Shown here: positions 1-6,047 of the stretch, piece by piece
Layout: each line of letters starts with the position of its first letter
How positions within the stretch are numbered: the first letter of the stretch is position 1
UHGV virus genome: UHGV-1560016
DNA from: a virus
Length of the DNA: 11,429 nt
Direction: 5' to 3' (one strand)
Program-made: the position numbers and the translations under genes
The notes under the pieces: generated by a model
The model's database searches: none
What the model was told of the DNA's origin: nothing
What the model saw: the letters and a program-made list of their open reading frames with translations, nothing else

Positions 1-1
1 T

Positions 2-238
2 GATGAAAAAGAACTTGATAATGCAATTAATAAAATCATCGTAACGTCGCTCTTTTCCTGTCTCAGCGACACTCAGCAAAAACAGTTCTACGAATCGGCT
101 TTCAACATGATCGAGCGTTGTTGTTTCTGCGATGCCGACGAGTTACCTGAAAAAATCAGGAAACAGTTGGCTGATGCTCTTCGAGTGCGACTTTCTGACC
201 AATTTTCTGAAATGTACTCTCCGAATTTGGACAAATAG
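2..238 (+). CDS. Hypothetical protein, 3' part only (5' end lies outside the window); reads ...NMIERCCFCDADELPEKIRKQLADALRVRLSDQFSEMYSPNLDK*
   Basis: Hand translation of frame 2 is open from the window edge to TAG at 236-238. It is absent from the ORF track, presumably because it is 5'-truncated with no long M-initiated stretch. It lies in AT-rich DNA and overlaps the antisense ORF 156-431 by 83 nt, so only one of the two may be real. Confidence 0.3.
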   Translation, partial: DEKELDNAINKIIVTSLFSCLSDTQQKQFYESAFNMIERCCFCDADELPEKIRKQLADALRVRLSDQFSEMYSPNLDK

Positions 239-431
239 AAAAAGGCCATTTCCATTCAGGGTCTGATGGAAATACTTCAGCCTGTTCCAAAGCACGGCGT
301 AAAGAGAACACAACTCCAGCCATAATCTGATGTTTCCCATTGGTCCAGCTATCGCCGCTCTGATCTACAGGGGCGGCTATGTCGTATGACCAAACGACTT
401 CACAGTTATTGTTTAAAATCTGGACTTTCAT
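156..431 (-). CDS. Hypothetical small protein (about 91 aa from the ATG at 431; the ORF track extends it to 473)
   Basis: ATG at 431-429 (minus) is preceded by AGGTG with a 6-nt spacing. It sits downstream of the leftward promoter at 558-585. No family recognised. Overlaps the + strand partial ORF at its 3' end and contains the inverted repeat 248-273. Confidence 0.4.
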   Translation of the reverse strand: MKVQILNNNCEVVWSYDIAAPVDQSGDSWTNGKHQIMAGVVFSLRRALEQAEVFPSDPEWKWPFSICPNSESTFQKIGQKVALEEHQPTVS

Positions 432-557
432 TTCATACACCTGCTTTAACATGAGTGCCTGGTGGCACAACATGACTCAACGAATCATCCTGGACTTCAT
501 ATGCCCCAGGCGGCTACTTCGTGGGCGTCCTGCCTGTTCGTTGTTTCGCTTGGGTAC

Positions 558-585
558 ATTATGTATCTCAAAGGTACATTGTCAA
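558..585 (-). promoter_or_regulatory. Candidate sigma70 promoter directing leftward transcription (PL-like): -35 TTGACA, 16-nt spacer, -10 CATAAT, overlapped by operator-like repeats
   Basis: Minus-strand TTGACA is the complement of 580-585 and CATAAT the complement of 558-563, with a 16-nt spacer (564-579). GGTACATT is directly repeated at 553-560 and 573-580. The palindrome TACAT-T-ATGTA at 555-565 overlaps the -10. Confidence 0.45.
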
Positions 586-586
586 G

Positions 587-613
587 TATAAAAAAACCTG
601 CCGAAGCAGGTTC
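587..613 (-). terminator. Intrinsic terminator of the repressor gene
   Basis: A 7-bp stem (595-601 AACCTGC pairing 606-612 GCAGGTT) with a 4-nt loop reads on the minus strand as stem, UUCG loop, stem, then a U-run (complement of the A-run at 590-596). It lies 11 nt downstream of the repressor stop at 625-627. Confidence 0.6.
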
Positions 614-624
614 ATAAACATTGA

Positions 625-1299
625 TTAGGCTTTGATTTTGTATCTTCTTGGTTTTCCTGAGAAAATCACTGTGCCAATTATAGAGCAATTACCGTTGATC
701 TTAATGTAAGGCTCAGGCCAGTTTGGGTTTAACGCTTTGAGATAACGCTGTGTCCCATCTTCTATCAACCTTTTGAAGGTGGTTTCGCCTGTATCGTGCA
801 TCAATGCAATAACGTCGTCACCGTGGCAGGCAGGTACTTCAGGATCGACAAAAATCATGTCTCCCGGGCGGTACTCATCAATCATTGAATCACCTATCAC
901 CCGCAAGATATAAGTCATTTCCCCACAGGGTACAGGGCAGGGATACGTTTCTGCTGTGCTCAAATCAACCTCAGAATATCCAACTTCTTTCCATGCTCCG
1001 GCCTGTACCCATGATATGACAGGGACTAATGTGATTTGTTTATTAGTGATTGAAACATCAGGTTTTTTTGTGATGTTCGTTGTCTGGTGTTCTTGATCGA
1101 GCCATCCGACAGGCAGGTCGAAACATTTTTCGATGTGTCGTGCCATGCTGTCACCGATATTTTTAGTAGCACCATCCCCCATAAACCTGCTGGTCTGGGT
1201 TGGCTCGCGATCAATCATAGTGGCAAAGGAAGAATTCCCGCCAACACCATCTCTCAGTTTTCTGGCGTTAGACCGCCGGATGTCATGGATTGTTTTCAT
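625..1299 (-). CDS. Phage CI/LexA-like repressor with C-terminal S24 autopeptidase domain (224 aa)
   Basis: The C-terminal half carries the S24 signature GDSM (IGDSMIDEY, nucleophile Ser) and a downstream KRL (TFKRLIEDG, general-base Lys), with LexA-like spacing. The N-terminal ~70 aa are basic and typical of a DNA-binding domain. It is divergent from a Cro-like gene and followed by its own terminator. The 224-aa size matches what I recall for e14 CohE (unverified). Confidence 0.88.
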   Translation of the reverse strand: MKTIHDIRRSNARKLRDGVGGNSSFATMIDREPTQTSRFMGDGATKNIGDSMARHIEKCFDLPVGWLDQEHQTTNITKKPDVSITNKQITLVPVISWVQAGAWKEVGYSEVDLSTAETYPCPVPCGEMTYILRVIGDSMIDEYRPGDMIFVDPEVPACHGDDVIALMHDTGETTFKRLIEDGTQRYLKALNPNWPEPYIKINGNCSIIGTVIFSGKPRRYKIKA

Positions 1300-1315
1300 A
1301 ACGAAATTAAAACCC

Positions 1316-1334
1316 TTGTACCGTTAAGGTACAA
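1316..1334. promoter_or_regulatory. Operator candidate: perfect 7-5-7 inverted repeat TTGTACC-GTTAA-GGTACAA
   Basis: The arms 1316-1322 and 1328-1334 are exact reverse complements. It lies 17 bp upstream of the repressor start codon in the divergent intergenic region. Confidence 0.5.
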
Positions 1335-1339
1335 GTATC

Positions 1340-1367
1340 TTGAAGGTTCATTTCAATCATGTAATAT
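1340..1367 (+). promoter_or_regulatory. Candidate rightward promoter (PR-like) for the Cro-like gene: -35 TTGAAG, 16-nt spacer, -10 TAATAT
   Basis: TTGAAG at 1340-1345 and TAATAT at 1362-1367 with a 16-nt spacer. GGAGG RBS at 1375-1379 and ATG at 1390. Confidence 0.45.
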
Positions 1368-1387
1368 GTACACCGGAGGTACATATT
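1363..1387. promoter_or_regulatory. Operator candidate: 9-7-9 perfect inverted repeat AATATGTAC-ACCGGAG-GTACATATT overlapping the -10 and RBS of the Cro-like gene
   Basis: The arms 1363-1371 and 1379-1387 are exact reverse complements (checked base by base). It shares the GTACA core with the repeats at 553-580 and 1316-1334. Confidence 0.55.
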
Positions 1388-1389
1388 GT

Positions 1390-1704
1390 ATGAAAGCGTA
1401 TTGGGACTCTTTAACCAAAGAACAGCAGGGCGAGTTGGCCGGAAAAGTTGGCTCAACACCTGGCTACTTACGGCTGGTTTTCAATGGCTATAAAAAAGCC
1501 AGTTTTGTGCTGGCTAAAAAACTTGAGCAATGCACGTCAGGTGCAATTACGAAATCTGACTTAAGACCGGATACCCGCCAGCAGGATGATCTGAACAGTC
1601 TGGATGAACTGCAAACGCTGGCGATTGATGTTGATTATCTCGAGCCCGGTAACGGGCCTGACGGCGATATCGAACATCACACCGAAATAACCCTTCCTTC
1701 CTGA
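1390..1704 (+). CDS. Cro/YdaS-like helix-turn-helix regulator (104 aa) with an acidic C-terminal extension
   Basis: ATG at 1390 with GGAGG 10 nt upstream. The N-terminal segment LAGKVGSTPGYLRLVFNGYKKASFVLAKKLEQCTSG resembles phage Cro/YdaS-type HTH proteins. It is divergent from the repressor. The longer track ORF 1087-1704 overlaps the repressor antisense and is not the true start. Confidence 0.7.
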   Translation: MKAYWDSLTKEQQGELAGKVGSTPGYLRLVFNGYKKASFVLAKKLEQCTSGAITKSDLRPDTRQQDDLNSLDELQTLAIDVDYLEPGNGPDGDIEHHTEITLPS

Positions 1705-1875
1705 GGATCCTCATGTTTGTCAAACCTGTTAAAGGGCGTTCCTGACCCTGCCCGCGGCGACCTTTTGCCCGCCGAAGGGCGAAATGTTGACGAGAACAAC
1801 TACTGGCTGCGCCGTGAAGTAGCGGGTGATATCCGGCGCGTGAATAAAAAGGTGAATACCGATGACGAGCTTTAA
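1705..1875 (+). other. Start-less open frame (56 codons) ending at a TAA that overlaps the sheath start; possible 3' remnant of the ancestral gene preceding the sheath gene
   Basis: Frame 1 is open from just after the Cro-like TGA (1702-1704) to TAA at 1873-1875 with no ATG. The only candidate start is TTG at 1717 with no RBS. Its stop overlaps the sheath ATG (1862) in the manner of translationally coupled phage genes. Confidence 0.25.
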
Positions 1876-3355
1876 CACCATTCCGTCGAATACGCTGGTT
1901 CCGCTGTTTTATGCGGAAATGGATAATCAGGCGGCGAATACTGCACAGGACAGCGGAGCATCGCTGCTGATTGGTCATGCCAATAACGGTGCAGAGATTG
2001 TTGCCAACAGTCTGGTACTGATGCCGTCGGCAGACTATGCACGCCAGATTTGTGGTGCGGGAAGTCAGCTGGCGCGTATGGTCGAGGCTTATCGCCAGAC
2101 CGACCCGTTTGGCGAGCTATATGTGATTGCCGTTCCTGAATCCACGGGCGCGGCGGCAACGGTTACGCTGACGGTGACCGGCGCGGCAACCGAAACCGGC
2201 ACGGTGAATGTTTATGTGGGACGTACCCGCGTGCAGGCACCGGTGACCAACGGCGATAACGTTGCGACGATTGCCAGCAGTATCCAGGATGCCATCAATG
2301 CCGTTCCGACCCTGCCGTTTACTGCCTCATCTTCGGCAGGCGTGGTCACACTGACCGCGCGTCATAAGGGGCTTTGCGGGAATGAAATTCCTGTCAGCCT
2401 CAATTACTACGGCTTTGGTGGGGGCGAAGTGCTGCCAGCGGGCGTACAGATTGCCGTGGCGACGGGTACCGCCGGAACGGGCGCTCCGGTTCTCACCGGC
2501 GCGGTGGCTGCAATGGCGGATGAGCCGTTTGATTATATCGGCCTGCCGTTCAACGACACAGCCTCCGTTAACACGCTGGTGACCGAGATGAACGATACCA
2601 GCGGTCGCTGGAGCTATGCGCGTCAGCTGTATGGTCATGTGTATACGGCAAAGATCGGCACGCTGTCAGAACTGGTGACCGCAGGTGACCAGTTTAACCA
2701 GCAGCACATTACCCTGGCGGGATACGAAAAAGAGACCCAGACGCCTGCCGACGAGCTGGCGGCAAGCCGTACCGCCCGCGCAGCGGTGTTTATCCGCAAC
2801 GATCCGGCACGTCCCACGCAGACCGGTGAGCTGGTGGGTATGCTGCCTGCGCCGAAGGGGAAACGGTTCACGATGACCGAACAACAGACCCTGCTGTCTC
2901 ATGGCGTGGCAACGGCGTGTGTCGAAAGCGGGGTGCTGCGCATTCAGCGTGATGTCACCACGTACAGGAAAAACGCTTACGGTGTTGCGGATAACAGCTA
3001 CCTCGACAGCGAGACGCTGCATACCAGCGCGTATGTGCTGCGCAAACTGAAATCCGTCATTACCAGTAAGTACGGGCGTCACAAGCTTGCCAGCGACGGT
3101 ACCCGCTTTGGTCCCGGTCAGGCGATTGTCACACCGGCGGTGATCAAAGGGGAACTGCTGGCAACCTACCGTCAGCTTGAGCGTGCGGGGATCGTGGAAA
3201 ACTACGAACTGTTTAAGCAGTACCTGGTTGTGGAGCGTGATGCCAGCGATCCGAACCGCCTGAACACGCTGTTCCCGCCTGACTATGTTAACCAGTTGCG
3301 TGTCTTTGCCGTGGTTAACCAGTTCCGTCTTCAGTATTCAGAGGAGTCTGCATAA
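1862..3355 (+). CDS. Contractile tail sheath protein (Mu gpL-like, 497 aa)
   Basis: A 497-aa ORF immediately upstream of, and coupled to, a 118-aa tube gene (TAATG overlap at 3353-3357), followed by chaperone and tape measure genes. This is the size and order of myovirus sheath genes. GAGGAG RBS for the next gene is embedded in its 3' end. Confidence 0.85.
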   Translation: MTSFNTIPSNTLVPLFYAEMDNQAANTAQDSGASLLIGHANNGAEIVANSLVLMPSADYARQICGAGSQLARMVEAYRQTDPFGELYVIAVPESTGAAATVTLTVTGAATETGTVNVYVGRTRVQAPVTNGDNVATIASSIQDAINAVPTLPFTASSSAGVVTLTARHKGLCGNEIPVSLNYYGFGGGEVLPAGVQIAVATGTAGTGAPVLTGAVAAMADEPFDYIGLPFNDTASVNTLVTEMNDTSGRWSYARQLYGHVYTAKIGTLSELVTAGDQFNQQHITLAGYEKETQTPADELAASRTARAAVFIRNDPARPTQTGELVGMLPAPKGKRFTMTEQQTLLSHGVATACVESGVLRIQRDVTTYRKNAYGVADNSYLDSETLHTSAYVLRKLKSVITSKYGRHKLASDGTRFGPGQAIVTPAVIKGELLATYRQLERAGIVENYELFKQYLVVERDASDPNRLNTLFPPDYVNQLRVFAVVNQFRLQYSEESA

Positions 3356-3711
3356 TGGCCCGTATCGGGGGAACCTGTTATTTCAAAATTGACGGTCAGC
3401 AGCTATCGCTGACCGGCGGCATTGAGGTGCCCATGAACAGGACGGTCAATGATGACATCATCGGCCTGGACGGTTCAGTGGACCGCAAGGAAACTCACCG
3501 TGCGCCCTATGTCAAAGGGACCTTCAAGGTGCCGAAGAATTTTCCGGTGAACAAAATCACCTCGTCTGATGAGATGACCATCACTGCCGAGCTGGCGAAC
3601 GGTCAGGTCTATGTACTGTCGTCTGCCTGGCTGCACGGCGAAGCGAACCATAATGCCGAAGAAGGCACGGTTGATCTTGAGTTCCACGGTGAAGAAGGGG
3701 ATTACCAGTGA
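3355..3711 (+). CDS. Tail tube protein (Mu gpM-like, 118 aa)
   Basis: ATG at 3355 overlaps the sheath stop, with GAGGAG 8 nt upstream. Size and position between sheath and chaperone/tape measure fit a tube protein. Confidence 0.82.
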   Translation: MARIGGTCYFKIDGQQLSLTGGIEVPMNRTVNDDIIGLDGSVDRKETHRAPYVKGTFKVPKNFPVNKITSSDEMTITAELANGQVYVLSSAWLHGEANHNAEEGTVDLEFHGEEGDYQ

Positions 3712-4031
3712 TTGAGCTTGTACTTAAAAAACCGATCATCGCCCACAAAGAAACACTGCATGTGCTGGAAATACGTGAGCCTACGTATGACGAGATTGAG
3801 GCGCTGGGGTTCCCTTTCTCTGTTTCACCTGATGGTGGTATGAAAATGGACAGTCAGGTAGCGCTGAAATATATCCCGCTTCTGGCCGGGATCCCGCGCT
3901 CGTCTGCAGCGCAGATGACGAAGCTGGATATTTTCAAGGCAGGCATGATTGTAATGCGTTTTTTTACCGGCTTGGAGACGGAAGAGACCTCCGGAAGCGA
4001 TTCTACAATGTCGCGTGGTTCTGGAAATTAA
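3708..4031 (+). CDS. Tail assembly chaperone, short form (107 aa, GTG start)
   Basis: GTG at 3708 overlaps the tube TGA (GTGA). It sits between tube and tape measure and contains a T7 slippery run leading into a -1 frame extension. Confidence 0.72.
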   Translation: MIELVLKKPIIAHKETLHVLEIREPTYDEIEALGFPFSVSPDGGMKMDSQVALKYIPLLAGIPRSSAAQMTKLDIFKAGMIVMRFFTGLETEETSGSDSTMSRGSGN

Positions 4032-4123
4032 ACCCCCTTGAACTTCGCCGGACGGCTATTTCCCACTTTGCTGATCTGGAGGCAGAGGCCGTCCGTATAA
4101 ATGAGGAGATGAAGCATGGCTGA
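3708..4123 (+). CDS. Tail assembly chaperone, long form made by programmed -1 frameshift at TTTTTTT (3959-3965); predicted about 139 aa
   Basis: Zero-frame codons cgT-TTT-TTT-acc give a T_TTT_TTT heptamer. The -1 frame is open from 3833 (after TGA at 3830-3832) to TGA at 4121-4123, which overlaps the tape-measure ATG (4116). This is the G/GT-type arrangement conserved in tailed phages. Confidence 0.6.
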
Positions 4124-6023
4124 TAATTTTCAGCTGAAAGCCATCATCACCGCCGTTGACAGGCTGTCCGGCCCGCTTAAAGGTATGCAGCGTCAGCTTA
4201 AGGGGTTTCAGAAAGAAGTCTCCAGCCTTGCTCTGGGCGCTGCCGGGGCGGGTACTGCAATAATGGGGGCACTGGCACTCCCTGTAAAATCAGCCATCAC
4301 CCTTGAATCGAAGATGGCTGATGTCCGCAAAGTGGTAGACGGTCTGGATACGCCGGATGCGTTTAAGGCCATGACGGAGCAGGTACGCGCTTTGTCTACT
4401 GAGCTTCCCATGTCTGCAGACGGGATCGCGGAAATTGTGGCGGCTGGCGGTCAGGCCGGGATTGCACGTGATGAACTGATGCAGTTTGCCACTGATGCGG
4501 TGAAGATGGGCGTGGCCTTTGATACCACGGCTGAAGAGTCCGGGCAGATGATGGCCCAGTGGCGTACTGCGTTTAATATGACGCAGGATGAAGTGGCCGG
4601 GCTGGCTGACAAAATCAACTACCTTGGTAATACCGGCCCGGCGAATGCGAAGAAAATCTCCGATATTGTTACGCGTATTGGTCCTTTAGGTGGTGTTGCA
4701 GGTGTGGCTTCCGGCGAAATCGCGGCAATGGGGGCAACCATTGCCGGGATGGGCGTGGAGTCAGAAATTGCCGCCACAGGGATCAAGAACTTCATGCTTT
4801 CCCTGACCGCGGGAAATTCCGCGACAAAATCGCAGAAACAGGCATTACGTTTTCTGCGGATCAATCCGAAGAAATTAGCTGCTGATATGCAGAAAGATGC
4901 CCGGGGAACCATGCTGTCTGTACTGGATGCGATGGCTAAAGTGCCCAAAGAAAAACAGGCAGCTGTGCTGAATGCCCTGTTCGGGAAAGAGTCTCTGGGC
5001 GCGATAGCACCTCTGCTGACTAACCTTGATTTGTTGCGTACCAACTTCAGGCGGGTTGCGGATTCCCAGCAGTATGGCAGTTCGATGCAGAAGGAATATG
5101 CTTCGAGGGCAGCGACGACGGAAAACCAGCTTTTACTTCTGCAAAATCAACTTGATGCCATTTCTTCCACGCTGGGGGAAACGTTTCTTCCTGAGGTTAA
5201 TGATGGTCTTGAAGAGGTAAAACCGCTCCTTGAGGAAGTGAGAACGTTTGTCCGTGAAAACCCGGAGCTCGTTAAGACCATTGCTAAAATCGGTCTGGCC
5301 TTACTGACGGTGGGAGCCGCTGCAGGCTCTTTGTCCAGAATTATGAAAGTTCTCGGCGGTGTGATGAATATGACGCCTGCTAAGGGGCTGATTGCTCTTC
5401 TGGTTGGTGGCGCTTACCTCATTATTGATAACTGGGAAACCGTAGGTCCTGTCATAAAAAAAGTCTGGCACGTGGTGGATGAAACGGCGCAGGCGATGGG
5501 GGGATGGGAAACTGTTCTGAAAGCGATTGCCCTGTTTATGGCAACCAAATGGGTTGCTGACGTTACCAAATCCATTACCGCAGTGACCAGAGAGATGCGT
5601 ACGCTGGGGAAGGTATCGGCAGAAACGGGATTGATGGGGAAAGGCCGCGGCTTTATCGGGAAGGCCGGGGTATATGGTTTTCTGGGAACCCTGATGTATG
5701 AGCCGGTTAAAGATACTCTGGAAAGTGTTGTTCCTGAAGATACGGTTAACTGGCTGGATAATAAAGGGCTGTTTCTGGCTTCAGACTGGACGCCTTTTTT
5801 TGATCGTAAAGAGTACGAGCAGTATCAGGCCAGCCTGAGTCAGTACAAACCCAATGTTCCGCTGTTGAATCCATCTTCTTCCATGACACAGCACAGCGAG
5901 CTGAAAGTCACGTTCGAGAATGCTCCGCCAGGTATGAAGATAATTGATGTACCGGGCAAAGCCGATCCCCTGATGAAAATCACGCACGATGTGGGGTATT
6001 CCCCTTTTCGTTTTCCACGATAA
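4116..6023 (+). CDS. Tail tape measure protein (635 aa)
   Basis: Largest ORF in the operon, directly after the frameshifted chaperone pair. It has Gly/Ala-rich hydrophobic segments (e.g. LALGAAGAGTAIMGALALPV, GPLGGVAGVASGEIAAMGATIAGMGV) typical of tape measure proteins. Confidence 0.88.
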   Translation: MADNFQLKAIITAVDRLSGPLKGMQRQLKGFQKEVSSLALGAAGAGTAIMGALALPVKSAITLESKMADVRKVVDGLDTPDAFKAMTEQVRALSTELPMSADGIAEIVAAGGQAGIARDELMQFATDAVKMGVAFDTTAEESGQMMAQWRTAFNMTQDEVAGLADKINYLGNTGPANAKKISDIVTRIGPLGGVAGVASGEIAAMGATIAGMGVESEIAATGIKNFMLSLTAGNSATKSQKQALRFLRINPKKLAADMQKDARGTMLSVLDAMAKVPKEKQAAVLNALFGKESLGAIAPLLTNLDLLRTNFRRVADSQQYGSSMQKEYASRAATTENQLLLLQNQLDAISSTLGETFLPEVNDGLEEVKPLLEEVRTFVRENPELVKTIAKIGLALLTVGAAAGSLSRIMKVLGGVMNMTPAKGLIALLVGGAYLIIDNWETVGPVIKKVWHVVDETAQAMGGWETVLKAIALFMATKWVADVTKSITAVTREMRTLGKVSAETGLMGKGRGFIGKAGVYGFLGTLMYEPVKDTLESVVPEDTVNWLDNKGLFLASDWTPFFDRKEYEQYQASLSQYKPNVPLLNPSSSMTQHSELKVTFENAPPGMKIIDVPGKADPLMKITHDVGYSPFRFPR

Positions 6024-6047
6024 CGCAGTCCTTTTTGAGGTCAGTCT

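Noticed and set aside
143-340. Track ORF 143-340 (-), 65 aa
   Set aside because: Alternative frame of the same region as the 156-431 minus ORF, with no RBS and no recognisable features. At most one frame can be coding here.
379-688. Track ORFs 379-591 (+) and 497-688 (-)
   Set aside because: They span the leftward promoter, operator repeats and terminator, and overlap the stop of the repressor gene. No plausible RBS. Regulatory DNA is the better explanation.
1087-1389. Upstream part of track ORF 1087-1704 (+), and ORFs 1026-1214 (-) and 1133-1327 (+)
   Set aside because: The 1087-1389 portion runs antisense through the repressor gene and the operator region. The real Cro-like start is the ATG at 1390 with GGAGG 10 nt upstream.
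1702-1713. GGATCC-containing palindrome as a cloning-vector or linker artefact
   Set aside because: Considered because a BamHI site sits exactly at a module junction, but the flanking sequence does not match any common linker or polylinker I know, and a 6-bp site is expected by chance about every 4 kb. Kept as a finding for the palindrome and junction only.
1547-1978. Track ORF 1547-1978 (-), 143 aa, spanning the Cro/sheath junction
   Set aside because: It is antisense to the 3' end of the Cro-like gene and the 5' end of the sheath gene, with an Arg-rich low-complexity product. It is inconsistent with the co-directional operon.
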